From: Vulcanimicrobiota bacterium
GTDB taxonomy: Bacteria; Vulcanimicrobiota; Xenobia; Xenobiales; QWHO01
Length of the DNA: 64,000 nt
Assembly (NCBI GenBank): GCA_039809865.1
Contig: JBDHVW010000023.1
Location: 14,947-78,946 of the forward strand
Direction: 5' to 3'
Shown here: positions 37,857 through 47,299 of the stretch, piece by piece
Layout: the number at the start of each line of letters is the position of its first letter
Position numbering within the stretch: the first letter of the stretch is position 1
Made by a program: the position numbers and the translations under genes
The notes under the pieces: model-generated
Database searches by the model: none
What the model saw: only the letters and a program-made list of their open reading frames with translations
Told to the model about the DNA's origin: nothing

Positions 37857-39005
37857 ATGCAATTTGGCGACGCGATCAACAACGCTTTCGAGCGCACCAA
37901 GTATCTACTCTGGGAGCGCCGCTCCCGCACCCGCTGGCGCAACTTCGCGCTCCTGAGCTGGCTCTGCGGCTATTCGGGCGGAGGCGGCGGGGGAGGCGGC
38001 GGCGACTTCAGCTCGCTGTTCAAAGGCACCGGTGACAAGCGCGACACCTCGATGCGGTTGCTGCTCGGGTGCTCGCTGGCCTCGGCCCTGGGCGCGGGCG
38101 CGAGCGAGTTCGACGAGATCAAGCCCTACATCGGCCTGATCCTGGTGCTGTGCCTGGGCATCTTCGCCCTGAGCATGTTCGTGCTCTACGCCAGCAACTT
38201 CGCCCGCGTCATCCTGGTCGAGAACATCGTGCACGACCGCGACGCGATCGCCGAGCCCTGGTCCCGCCTTTCCGGCATGGGCTGGTCGGTGCTCTGGTGG
38301 GGCGTGGGCTATTTCTTTGTCAGCGCCGTCATCCTCGGCCTGCTGGTGGTCGCGCCGGGCGTCGGCATCGCCGTGATGGGCGAGCACGACCCGGGCATGT
38401 ACCTCCTCTATCTCCCGTTCTTCCTCTGGCTCTTCGCGGTCTTGCTGCCGCTGGGCTTCATCCAGGGCTACTTCCAGGAGATCGTCATCCCGCTGATGTA
38501 CCGGCAGAAGTGCTCCTCGACTGAAGCCTGGGCCATCTTCAAACCCCTCTTCAACGCCCAGAAGGGCAAGTGGATCGTCTACATGCTGCTCCACTTCTTC
38601 CTGGTCATGGCGGCCAGCATCGTGGCCAGCATGATTATGCTGATGGTGCTGCTGATGGTCGGCCTCGTGCTGGGCCTGCCGACGCTGGCCATGTTCGCCG
38701 TCAGCTCGACCGCCGGCATCGTGACCGCGGTGGTCACGGGCACGCTGTTCGTGATCGCCTGCTTCGTGTTCGGCTGCCTGCTGACGATGCCGGTGACCGT
38801 GCTGGGACGCAGCTTCTCGATGTATATCCTGCAGCAGGTCGCCCCCGAGTATGGCTTCCTGCCGCTGGGTGGCCGCCCCCTGAGCGTCGACCCGATCACC
38901 GGGATGGTGCAGGGCCCCGAAGCCGGAGTCGGGCTCAACCCGGCCGAGACGCAGCCGATGCCGACCGAATCCTCCGAGTGGAGCGACATGCCCCCCCATG
39001 GATAA
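37857..39005 (+). CDS. Polytopic membrane protein of unknown function with poly-Gly stretch
   Basis: 382 aa with multiple long hydrophobic segments and a GGGGGGGGG run. The antisense ORF 37905..39083 is rejected. Confidence 0.6.
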   Translation: MQFGDAINNAFERTKYLLWERRSRTRWRNFALLSWLCGYSGGGGGGGGGDFSSLFKGTGDKRDTSMRLLLGCSLASALGAGASEFDEIKPYIGLILVLCLGIFALSMFVLYASNFARVILVENIVHDRDAIAEPWSRLSGMGWSVLWWGVGYFFVSAVILGLLVVAPGVGIAVMGEHDPGMYLLYLPFFLWLFAVLLPLGFIQGYFQEIVIPLMYRQKCSSTEAWAIFKPLFNAQKGKWIVYMLLHFFLVMAASIVASMIMLMVLLMVGLVLGLPTLAMFAVSSTAGIVTAVVTGTLFVIACFVFGCLLTMPVTVLGRSFSMYILQQVAPEYGFLPLGGRPLSVDPITGMVQGPEAGVGLNPAETQPMPTESSEWSDMPPHG

Positions 39006-39372
39006 AGATTGGAAGACCTGTCTGACCCCCGAGCAGTATCGCATCTTGCGCGAGAAGGGCACCGAGCGCGCCTTCACCGGCAAGTATTACGCCCACAAAG
39101 AGGACGGCACTTACCTCTGCGCCGGATGCGGCCACGAGCTGTTCAGCTCCGACACCAAGTTCGACTCGGGCACGGGCTGGCCGAGCTTCTACCGGCCGGT
39201 CGACCCGAGTGCGGTTGGGGAGGAGCACGATGCCACCCATGGCATGGTGCGCACCGAGGTGGTCTGCAGCAAGTGCGGCGGCCATCTGGGCCACGTGTTC
39301 CCGGACGGGCCCAACCCCACCGGGTTGCGCTACTGCATCAACTCCGAGTCGCTGGACTTCAAGCCTGCATGA
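38998..39372 (+). CDS. msrB: Peptide-methionine (R)-S-oxide reductase
   Basis: SelR motifs CAGCGHELF...[12 protein letters not shown] with the zinc CxxC pairs. Confidence 0.9.
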   Translation: MDKDWKTCLTPEQYRILREKGTERAFTGKYYAHKEDGTYLCAGCGHELFSSDTKFDSGTGWPSFYRPVDPSAVGEEHDATHGMVRTEVVCSKCGGHLGHVFPDGPNPTGLRYCINSESLDFKPA

Positions 39373-39782
39373 TCGCATCCGTCCTGCGCGAGAAGGGCTT
39401 GCGGGCCACTCCCCAGCGCACGGTCATCCTCGAGCTGCTGCACGAGGTCGAGGGGCATCGCCACCAGACCGCGCAAGAGCTGTTCCAGCAGGCGCAGGAC
39501 CGTCTGCCGGGCCTGAATCTGGCCACCATCTACCGCACTCTGGAGGGCCTGTTCGAGGCGGGCCTGGTCGACCGTATGGACGCGGGCGAATCGGTTCGCT
39601 ACTCGCTGCGTGACCCGCACCACCTGCACGGTCACCTGCACTGCCGCCAGTGCGGCCATGGTCCCGAGATCGGCTCCGATGATCTGGGCTCGATCGCCCG
39701 CCTGATTGGCGAGCGGTACGGGTTCGTGCTGGACGTGAACCACCTGACCCTCAGCGGCGTTTGCCAGAGCTGCTCGACCTAG
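39369..39782 (+). CDS. Fur-family metalloregulator (Fur/Zur/PerR-like)
   Basis: ATGA overlap with msr[17 protein letters not shown]-binding helix and [14 protein letters not shown] metal site. Confidence 0.85.
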   Translation: MIASVLREKGLRATPQRTVILELLHEVEGHRHQTAQELFQQAQDRLPGLNLATIYRTLEGLFEAGLVDRMDAGESVRYSLRDPHHLHGHLHCRQCGHGPEIGSDDLGSIARLIGERYGFVLDVNHLTLSGVCQSCST

Positions 39783-39786
39783 AGTT

Positions 39787-40680
39787 ATGGGCCATTTCGT
39801 CGCTGGAGAGTGGGTTTCGGGTTGGTACAAAGCGGACGCCAAAGGCCACTTCGTCCGCCCCGAGACGACCTTCCGCGGCACCGCCGAGCCCGTCAGCGGA
39901 CGCTACCACCTGTATGTCTCGCTGGCCTGTCCCTGGGCCCACCGCACGCTGATCGCGCGCAGCCTGCTGGGGCTGACGGAGCACATCGCGGTCACGGTGG
40001 TGGACTGGTTTCTCGACGACGACGGCTGGCGCTTCTTCGAAGGGCAGCCCGAGCCGCTGTTCGGCTTCACCCGTCTGCGTGAGCTCTACCGAAAGGCCGA
40101 CGAGCACTACACGGGCCGCGTCACCGTCCCGGTTCTGTGGGACAGAGAGCGCGGCACCATCGTGCAGAATGAGTCGCGCGAGATCCTGCGCCAGCTCTGC
40201 ACCGTATTCAAGCCGTTGAGCAACGGTCGCGAGCTCTCACCGCCACACCAGCGAGCCGAGATCGACTCCGTCCTGGACGACATTTACAACCCCATCAACA
40301 ACGGCGTTTATCGCTGCGGGTTCGCCCACACCCAGGTGGCCTACGACGAGGCGGTCAAAGCGCTCTACGCTGCGCTGGACAAGTACGAGGAGCGCCTGGC
40401 AAGTCGAACCTTCCTTTGCGGTGAGGAGCTCACCGAGGCCGACATCTGCCTCTTCACCACCCTGGTCCGCTTCGATCCGGTCTACAGCGTGCATTTCAAG
40501 TGCAGCCGCAAGCGCATTCAGGACTACCCGAACCTCCATCGCTTCACCAGGGCCGTTTACCATACGCCGGGCGTCACCGAGACGGTCGACTTCGACCATA
40601 TCCGCAACCACTACTACGTTTCTCACGATTTTATCAACCCGCGCCGCATCGTGGCGGCGATGCCGGACCTCCCCCTGTAA
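39787..40680 (+). CDS. yqjG: Glutathionyl-hydroquinone reductase (Xi-class GST, YqjG/ECM4 family)
   Basis: CPWAHR active-site motif. Length 297 aa. Confidence 0.85.
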   Translation: MGHFVAGEWVSGWYKADAKGHFVRPETTFRGTAEPVSGRYHLYVSLACPWAHRTLIARSLLGLTEHIAVTVVDWFLDDDGWRFFEGQPEPLFGFTRLRELYRKADEHYTGRVTVPVLWDRERGTIVQNESREILRQLCTVFKPLSNGRELSPPHQRAEIDSVLDDIYNPINNGVYRCGFAHTQVAYDEAVKALYAALDKYEERLASRTFLCGEELTEADICLFTTLVRFDPVYSVHFKCSRKRIQDYPNLHRFTRAVYHTPGVTETVDFDHIRNHYYVSHDFINPRRIVAAMPDLPL

Positions 40681-40714
40681 GAGGTTTTTCAGGGCGGTAC
40701 GGCATCCTGGTCCC

Positions 40715-42277
40715 GTGCAGGTCCGCGCGCTTCAAAAACTCTCTTGGCAATCGTCGCTCTCCCGGCCGACCGCGGCCCACGCCGCCACGCAGTCGAGCGA
40801 CCAGTTCGCACCCGGCCAGACCTCGGAATTGCCGCGCCTGCAGCTCGTTCCCGACAGCTTCCCCCCGGTGGAGACGGAAGGCTGGCGCCTGAGCGACCTG
40901 GCGGACGTGGGCGAGACGCTCAAGCAGGCGCGCGCGATCGTCAACCGCACCGCTCCGTTCAAGAGCTACGTCGTCAACGGCAACAGCGGCAGCGGGATGA
41001 CCACCCTGCTCAAAGCGATGGCGGGCGAATTCCATGCCCGGGGCACCCCCACGATCTTCGTCCAGGGCGCCTTCCTGAACGGCAGCGTCCGCGACCTGTT
41101 TGCGCGAGCCCGCGAGAAGAAGGCGGTCATCTTCGTGGACGGCCTGGACGGGCTGGCCCCAATTCGCAACAAGGATCATGCCAACCAGACGATGCTGCAG
41201 GTGGCGCAGGAGCTCGAGAAGGGAGACGTGCAGGTCATCGCGGGCACCAGCCGCACCGATATGGTGGATGCCGAGGTGATGACCCACCTCCCCGGCCTGC
41301 TGACCATCGCCCAGCCCCGCAACGAGATCGAGCGCAAGGGGATCATCGACGCGCTGGTCAAGCGCAAAGGACTCGAGGCCGATCCGGACGAGCTGACCGA
41401 GATGGCCGCCGCCACGCGCGGGAAGGGGCCTTCGGACCTGAATGCCATCCTGGATATCGCCGTGCAGCGAGCCGGGGGGAAGAAGCTCTCGGATGGCGAC
41501 CTGATGGAAGCCCGCCTGACGTTCCTCTCCGGTCCCCCCGAGCCGATCACGGTGGATGACCGGTTCTTTCGCATCTCGGTGGCTCACGAGATGGGCCACG
41601 TGGTGACGCGTCACGTTTTCCAGCAGATGGGCCGGGTGAGCACCAATCCGGACGAGCTGCCGCAAGCGATCGACCTGGTCAGCTTCCATCCCCGTCAGGG
41701 CGCGCAGGCCTTCGTCAACCTGATGTTCGGCGGCAACAATGGCAAAACGTTTGAGTACTACTTCGCCGAGATGTCTTCCGACTACGGCGGCCGCGCGGCC
41801 GAATACTTCTTCGGCAAGGGTCACCTCTCGGCGGGGCCCGGCGGCGACCTGAACCACGCCGAGGACCTGGCGTCCAAGGCGGACGCACTGGCCAAAGAGG
41901 CCGTCAGCAAAGGGATGGGGCAGACGTCGGGGGTCGACATCAACGCGCCCACGGCTCCCGCCGACGTTTCCAGGCTGAAGTCGACGGCCGAGAAGGTGGC
42001 TTACAGCGTGGTCGCCTTCTACGGGCCGTTCATCAAGGACTTTGCCAATGAGATGCTGGAGCGCCAGAAATCGGGCGCGACGCTGAACTTTACCGGCCGC
42101 GAGCTCACCAGCCGCCTCGTCGCCTGGGAGCGCGAGCGCGCGGTGCCTCTGGCGGTGCTGATGAACCAGGTGCGCGCGCTGCGCGACGAGCTGCGCCCGG
42201 CCGTGCCGCAGGTCTTCGATACCGAGTCCAACCGCTGGCTGCCCGCGTCGACCTTCGCCGAGAAGCTGGCCTTCTGA
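40715..42277 (+). CDS. Soluble FtsH-like protein: degenerate AAA+ domain fused to M41-type zinc metallopeptidase domain
   Basis: HEMGH zinc motif, FtsH-like VSFHPRQGAQAFVNLM and GGRAAEYFFG segments. Walker A reads GNSGSGMTT (Lys replaced by Met) and Walker B IFVDGLDG. No TM segment. The GTG 40715 start is a guess, since there is no ATG before the AAA region. Confidence 0.65.
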   Translation: MQVRALQKLSWQSSLSRPTAAHAATQSSDQFAPGQTSELPRLQLVPDSFPPVETEGWRLSDLADVGETLKQARAIVNRTAPFKSYVVNGNSGSGMTTLLKAMAGEFHARGTPTIFVQGAFLNGSVRDLFARAREKKAVIFVDGLDGLAPIRNKDHANQTMLQVAQELEKGDVQVIAGTSRTDMVDAEVMTHLPGLLTIAQPRNEIERKGIIDALVKRKGLEADPDELTEMAAATRGKGPSDLNAILDIAVQRAGGKKLSDGDLMEARLTFLSGPPEPITVDDRFFRISVAHEMGHVVTRHVFQQMGRVSTNPDELPQAIDLVSFHPRQGAQAFVNLMFGGNNGKTFEYYFAEMSSDYGGRAAEYFFGKGHLSAGPGGDLNHAEDLASKADALAKEAVSKGMGQTSGVDINAPTAPADVSRLKSTAEKVAYSVVAFYGPFIKDFANEMLERQKSGATLNFTGRELTSRLVAWERERAVPLAVLMNQVRALRDELRPAVPQVFDTESNRWLPASTFAEKLAF

Positions 42278-42892
42278 ATGCACGTCCGTCCTCTGGCCGC
42301 GTCGCCGCTGCGTGAGCGCGCCAAGAAGCTCTATGTCGAGATTCCTCCCGAGCCGGCCAAACCAGCCGAACTGGTGAAGCTAGAGCGTCAGCGGACGGCT
42401 TTGCGGGTCGGCGCCGCCGGAGTGGCCGCGCTGCATCTCGCCCCCGCCCTGCTGGGAAACCCCTGGGGAAGCTACACCGGAATGTTGGGCGCGACCGTGT
42501 CCAGCGTCTTTCTGGCCGCCGCCGCGGGTGCCGCGGTGGAGGATAAGCGACCCAAAGGGGACTGGCCGATCCCCGTGGCTCTGTTCGGCACCATGGCCGT
42601 CAGCGCGGCCCTGGGAGTGGCCGCCTGTTTCTATGGCAACCCCGTCCTCTGGACCCTGGACCTGGCCGTGGGAGTGACCGGGATGGTGCTGGGAACGCGT
42701 CTGCTCGAACAAGCCAGCGACTTTGACCACAGCCGCCTGCTGAGCGGCTACGAGAAGGCCCACGCCGCCTGGGAGCTGGACGCGGCCAAAGCTCTCGAGC
42801 CCCGTGGAGCGGCCGGCCCGCGCGAGATGGGCGAGCGGGACGGCGCGGTCATGATCGGCGGGGTGCGCCTCCCGAAGAAATCCAGTTCTTGA
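42278..42892 (+). CDS. Hypothetical membrane protein (204 aa)
   Basis: TGAATG stop-start junction with the previous gene, 3 hydrophobic segments. The 3' end overlaps the convergent GT2 gene by 44 nt, so the end is uncertain. Confidence 0.45.
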   Translation: MHVRPLAASPLRERAKKLYVEIPPEPAKPAELVKLERQRTALRVGAAGVAALHLAPALLGNPWGSYTGMLGATVSSVFLAAAAGAAVEDKRPKGDWPIPVALFGTMAVSAALGVAACFYGNPVLWTLDLAVGVTGMVLGTRLLEQASDFDHSRLLSGYEKAHAAWELDAAKALEPRGAAGPREMGERDGAVMIGGVRLPKKSSS

Positions 42893-43574
42893 GCGCTTTG
42901 AGTCGGCTCTTGAGCAGCGTCCCGTAAATCCGGATCGAGTCGCTCCAGAGATTGAAGTGAGAGCTCTCGTTCTCGCCGATGTAGACGGTCTGGATGGTGA
43001 CCTGGCGCAGCGGACGCTTGCGCAGGTAGAGCAGCACCTCGAGCTCGTACTCGTAGCCGTTGGACTCGATCGTGCTCAACTCGGGCAGCCAGACGCGCGG
43101 GAGCCCGCGCAGTCCCGTCTGGGTGTCGCGAATGAAGCGTCCGACCAGCAGGAAGAAGACCACGCGGGTCAGCACGTTGCCGGCCATGCGCACCAGCGGA
43201 ACGCCCTTGCGGGTGAAGCTGCGCACGCCCAGCACCAGGGTCTCGGGGTGCTTCCAGAGCTCCTCGGCGCACAGCCAGGCGTCCTCCGCCCGGTGCTGGC
43301 CGTCGGCGTCCAGCGTGACCACGCCCACCTCGTCGGCCGGAGCGGTGTCCCAGAGGTAGCGCTGCCCCGTCTTCAGGGCCGCGCCCTTCCCCTGGTTCTG
43401 CCTGTGCACCAGCAAAGTGACCCCCTCGAGTCGATCGAAGATGGCCTGGCACTCGGGCTTGCTGCCGTCGTTCACCACGACGATGCGCGAGAAACCGACC
43501 TTTTTGACGGCTTCCACGACCTCGAGCAACATCTCGTTGGGCTGGTAGGCGGGGATCAGGGCGGCGACGGACAT
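42849..43574 (-). CDS. GT2 family glycosyltransferase, polyprenyl-phosphate sugar synthase-like (DPM1/ArnC-like)
   Basis: AALIPAYQPNE...VVVNDGSKPEC...VVTLDADGQH (DXD region). Confidence 0.85.
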   Translation of the reverse strand: MSVAALIPAYQPNEMLLEVVEAVKKVGFSRIVVVNDGSKPECQAIFDRLEGVTLLVHRQNQGKGAALKTGQRYLWDTAPADEVGVVTLDADGQHRAEDAWLCAEELWKHPETLVLGVRSFTRKGVPLVRMAGNVLTRVVFFLLVGRFIRDTQTGLRGLPRVWLPELSTIESNGYEYELEVLLYLRKRPLRQVTIQTVYIGENESSHFNLWSDSIRIYGTLLKSRLKALKNWISSGGAPRRS

Positions 43575-43630
43575 CCGCCAACCTTCGCGGGTTTCATCTT
43601 AACTTCATTTTCGCCCGCTAGGCTGTCGGG

Positions 43631-44203
43631 GTGCGATACTTTTACCTCGTGCTGCTGGTGGTAGCGCTGGGCCTTTTCTGGCTCACGGAGGAGACGCTGG
43701 AGGGCGAGATGCGGGTCGTGGATACGGCGGTGCTGAGCCGGTTCCAGGTCTGGCGGGCACCCGCGCTGGACCGCCTGGCCGTGGGTATCAGCCTGCTGGG
43801 CGCCGCCCCCGGCACGCTGCTGATGACCATCCTGGCCTATCTCAAGCTCGCCCGGCGCGACGGCCGGACGCTGCTGGTCGTGATGGCCGGCGGCACCGTC
43901 CTGACCGTGTGCCTCAAGCAGATCTTCGCGGTCACGCGCCCCTCGCCGGTCGATTCGCTGTTGCCCGCCGCGGGATTCAGCTACCCCAGCGGCCACGCCC
44001 TGATGGCTGTCTGTCTCTACGGCTACCTGGGCTTTCTCGCCTGGCGGGCCCGTAAGCCCTGGCTCACGGCCCTTTGCCTGGCGCTCGTCCTGAGTATCGA
44101 GTGGAGCCGGCTCTATCTCAACGTGCACTGGCCCAGCGACATCCTGGCCGGCACCCTGACCGCCTCGCTCTGGCTGGCGTTTTGCCTGAGCCAACGCCGG
44201 TGA
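43631..44203 (+). CDS. PAP2-family lipid phosphatase
   Basis: PAP2 motifs KQIFAVTRP, FSYPSGHA and SRLYLNVHWPSDIL. Confidence 0.8.
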   Translation: MRYFYLVLLVVALGLFWLTEETLEGEMRVVDTAVLSRFQVWRAPALDRLAVGISLLGAAPGTLLMTILAYLKLARRDGRTLLVVMAGGTVLTVCLKQIFAVTRPSPVDSLLPAAGFSYPSGHALMAVCLYGYLGFLAWRARKPWLTALCLALVLSIEWSRLYLNVHWPSDILAGTLTASLWLAFCLSQRR

Positions 44204-44931
44204 GCAAGGTTCCCCAGGTCACCCTGGCCTTCTGGGCCATCAAGATTCTGGCCACCACCCTGGGCGAGACGGCCGGCGATGCCGTCACGATGACCTGGAA
44301 TCTGGGCTACGCCAAAGGGAGCCTGATCTTCCTGGCCGCCTTCGCCGTGGCGCTGACGGCTCAGCTCAGTGCCAGACGCTGCCTTCCCGCGCTCTATTGG
44401 GCGGTCGTGGTGACCACCACCACGGTCGGCACGACCATGTCCGACTACCTGGACCGCTCGCTGGGACTGGGCTATCCTCGCGCTTCGGCCCTGCTCCTCG
44501 GCCTGGTTCTTCTCACTCTGGCTGTCTGGCGCCTCACCCGCGGGCGCGTCCAGTTCCAAGAAGTGACCGGGGGCCCCGATGAAGCGTTCTACTGGCTCAC
44601 GATCTTGCTCGCCAACACCCTGGGGACGGCTCTGGGCGACTTTACGGCCGATGACCTCGGCTTCGGCTTCGGCCGAGCAGCGCTGTTGTTTGCAGGCCTT
44701 CTGGTGCTGGTCGTGGGCGGTCATTTCGCCGCCCGCAGGCTGGACGCGCTCTGGTTCTGGGCGGCCTACATCCTGACGCGGCCCTTCGGCGCGACGCTGG
44801 GAGACACGTTGACCAAGCCCCTGGACATGGGCGGCCTCGACCTGGGGCGGATCGCATCGTCCCTGGTCCTGGGACTGGCGATGATGCTGTTGATTCAGTT
44901 CCACTACGACCGCAAGAGAGGCGCTCGATGA
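44200..44931 (+). CDS. Membrane protein with repeated TLG-x-AGD/ALGD motifs, unknown function
   Basis: GTGA overlap with the PAP2 stop, 6-7 hydrophobic segments. Confidence 0.5.
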   Translation: MSKVPQVTLAFWAIKILATTLGETAGDAVTMTWNLGYAKGSLIFLAAFAVALTAQLSARRCLPALYWAVVVTTTTVGTTMSDYLDRSLGLGYPRASALLLGLVLLTLAVWRLTRGRVQFQEVTGGPDEAFYWLTILLANTLGTALGDFTADDLGFGFGRAALLFAGLLVLVVGGHFAARRLDALWFWAAYILTRPFGATLGDTLTKPLDMGGLDLGRIASSLVLGLAMMLLIQFHYDRKRGAR

Positions 44932-45224
44932 GACCACCCGGCCGGTGCCACGGCCAGCCAGTTTCTACGAACGTCCTCGAAGCCGTCTCCAATTCCGTGA
45001 GCGCAACGTGGTGGTCGCCCCGTGGAGCTGATGCAGACCCGGTCGCGCGAAGACACGCTGGGCAAGGTGGGGACGCAGGTGGCCGAGAAGGACGTGCGCG
45101 TGAGGATTCCGGAGGCCACTCCCGAGACGGTGCCTATCGTAGGAGCGAACGGTGGCTGGCAGCCGCTGAGCCGTCTGGCGACGCTCTTCATCGCAACTTC
45201 ATCTTCCCTGGCTAGTGTGCAGGA

Positions 45225-46634
45225 ATGAAGCGCTTCTGGGCCATGATGGCGGTACTCACGACTCTGCGGTTGCTGGTGATCGGCCGCGTCGGATTAGCTC
45301 AGGAGGAAGCCTACCACTGGAACTTCGCGCAGCACCCGGACTTTTCGTATTTCGATCATCCCCCGATGGTTGGCTGGCTCATCGCGCTCTCGCCCGGCAG
45401 CAGCGAGTTCTTCGTGCGCTTGCCCGCGGTGCTGCTGTTCGTGGCCTCCAGCTGGTTCATCTTCGACCTGGGGCGCCGCATGTTCGGCGAGAACGTCGGG
45501 CTGGGCAGCGCGCTGCTGCTCAACTTCATGCCGATCTTCGCCCTGTTCAGCGCGGTGATGATGCCCGATTCGCCCCATCTGCTGGCCTGGTGCGCTGGAT
45601 TGTGGGCCGGCTGGCGTCTGGTCGAGTCCGAGGACCAGCGCTGGTGGATCGTCCTGGGGATCATCACCGGCCTTGGCATGCTCTCGAAGTATCCCGCCCT
45701 GCTCATTCCGCTGCCGGCGTTCTTGCTGGTCCGGCGCCGGGGCGTCTTCTTGTGCGGCGTCATCGCGCTGTTGCTGTTCTCGCCCGTGCTCTACTGGAAC
45801 GCCACCCACGATTGGGCTTCCTTCCTGTTCCAGGGCACCCAGCGCTTCGGCGAGGCCACCCGCCCCGGCCATCTCTGGCGCTCGTGGGTGTTCCAGTTGG
45901 GACTGGCCACGCCTGCGGGGCTGGCGCTCATCCTCTGGGCTCACTACCGGGCTTTGCGGCGCTGGCACGACCGGCGGTTCGCCTATCTCTCGCTGGCCTC
46001 GCTGCCGTTCTTGACCTTGATGGCGGTGCTCTCGCTGCAGCGACTGGTGCAACTCAACTGGCCGTTGCCCGGTTACGTGGGCGCTGTGGTGCTGGTGGTG
46101 GCTCTGCTGGCCGAAGGCTGGCCCTCCACGCGCCTGGCGGTTGTGGCGCTGGCCTTCTGGGGAGGCCTGCTGAGCTATCTGGTCTGGTTGCCGGCCCTGG
46201 TCCCGATCGCTGCCTTTAATCCGGCCGATACCTTCGACGGTTGGGACGAGATGGCCCGGCACGCGGCCTCCGTGCGCGCCTCCATGGCGCGCCCCGAGCA
46301 TACCTTCTACCTGGGCAGCGGCTATCCGCAGGCCAGCGAGATCGCCTATTATCTGCGCGAGCCCCACCGCTGTCTGGCCCAGAACGCGGTCGGCCTGCCC
46401 GGGGCCGTCTCCTTCCAGTTCTGGGAGCAGCCCGACGACTTTGCCGGTTGGGATGCCGTGGTGGTCACCGAAGGGAGCCGATTCGTGATCCCCCGAGAAG
46501 CTCTGGACCCCTATTTCGAGCGGGTCGAGGAGGGGGAAACTTTCGTGGTGGAAAGAGCTGGAAGCCCCCTGCGCCGATGCACCTTCTATCGGGCCTACGG
46601 GTATCGTCCCCCCAAGAGCGAAAAAGACAGGTGA
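45225..46634 (+). CDS. GT39/GT83-like polyprenyl-phosphate-dependent glycosyltransferase (ArnT / PMT family)
   Basis: About 11 TM segments. The N-terminal AYHWNF...DHPPMVGWLIAL region resembles the PMT/ArnT N-terminal loop motif. Confidence 0.75.
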   Translation: MKRFWAMMAVLTTLRLLVIGRVGLAQEEAYHWNFAQHPDFSYFDHPPMVGWLIALSPGSSEFFVRLPAVLLFVASSWFIFDLGRRMFGENVGLGSALLLNFMPIFALFSAVMMPDSPHLLAWCAGLWAGWRLVESEDQRWWIVLGIITGLGMLSKYPALLIPLPAFLLVRRRGVFLCGVIALLLFSPVLYWNATHDWASFLFQGTQRFGEATRPGHLWRSWVFQLGLATPAGLALILWAHYRALRRWHDRRFAYLSLASLPFLTLMAVLSLQRLVQLNWPLPGYVGAVVLVVALLAEGWPSTRLAVVALAFWGGLLSYLVWLPALVPIAAFNPADTFDGWDEMARHAASVRASMARPEHTFYLGSGYPQASEIAYYLREPHRCLAQNAVGLPGAVSFQFWEQPDDFAGWDAVVVTEGSRFVIPREALDPYFERVEEGETFVVERAGSPLRRCTFYRAYGYRPPKSEKDR

Positions 46635-47299
46635 TGCGGGTCTTACTGGCTGAAGACGAGAGAGGGATCGCGGATTTCCTGGTGACGGGCCTCAGCGAGC
46701 AGGGCTACGCGGTCGATCTGGCCGAGGACGGTGAATTGGCCCTGGACTGGCCGGGCATCGCCTCTTACGACCTCATCGTGCTGGACGTGATGCTGCCCGT
46801 CCGTCCCGGCACCGAGGTCTGCCGGCTGCTGCGAGAGCGCGGCCTGAAGACGCCCATCCTGATGTTGACGGCGCGCGACTCGATCGAGGACCGGGTGCTC
46901 GGGCTCGACAGCGGCGCCGACGATTACCTGGTCAAACCCTTCGCGTTCAGTGAGCTGCTGGCGCGGATGCGGGCGCTGGCGCGGCGCCCGCCCCAGCTCA
47001 GCGGACGTGTCCTGGAGCTGGCCGACTTGAGCCTGGACACGGTCACGCGCCGGGCCTCCCGGCGGGGACGCGAGGTGCGTCTGACCACCAAGGAATACAG
47101 CCTGCTCGAGTATTTCCTGCGGCACCCCTACCAGGTTCTCTCGCGCGATCAGATCGCCGAGAACGTCTGGAACCACGATTTTGACAATGCCACCAACGTG
47201 ATCGACGTCCACATCCGCAACCTGCGCCGCAAGCTGGAGGAGCCGAGTCTTCTGAACACCATTCGCGGGGCTGGATACATACTGTCGGACCAGATGTGA
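46634..47299 (+). CDS. OmpR/PhoB-family response regulator
   Basis: MRVLLAEDERGIADFL...DLIVLDVMLP...winged-helix LTTKEYSLLEYFLRHP. 1-nt overlap with the preceding stop. Confidence 0.9.
   Translation: MRVLLAEDERGIADFLVTGLSEQGYAVDLAEDGELALDWPGIASYDLIVLDVMLPVRPGTEVCRLLRERGLKTPILMLTARDSIEDRVLGLDSGADDYLVKPFAFSELLARMRALARRPPQLSGRVLELADLSLDTVTRRASRRGREVRLTTKEYSLLEYFLRHPYQVLSRDQIAENVWNHDFDNATNVIDVHIRNLRRKLEEPSLLNTIRGAGYILSDQM

Noticed and set aside
37905-39083. 392-aa minus ORF
   Set aside because: Antisense of the polytopic membrane protein and msrB. His/Asp/Arg-rich.
45022-45228. 68-aa + ORF in the 44932..45224 intergenic region
   Set aside because: No RBS and no recognisable features. It would need expression data.
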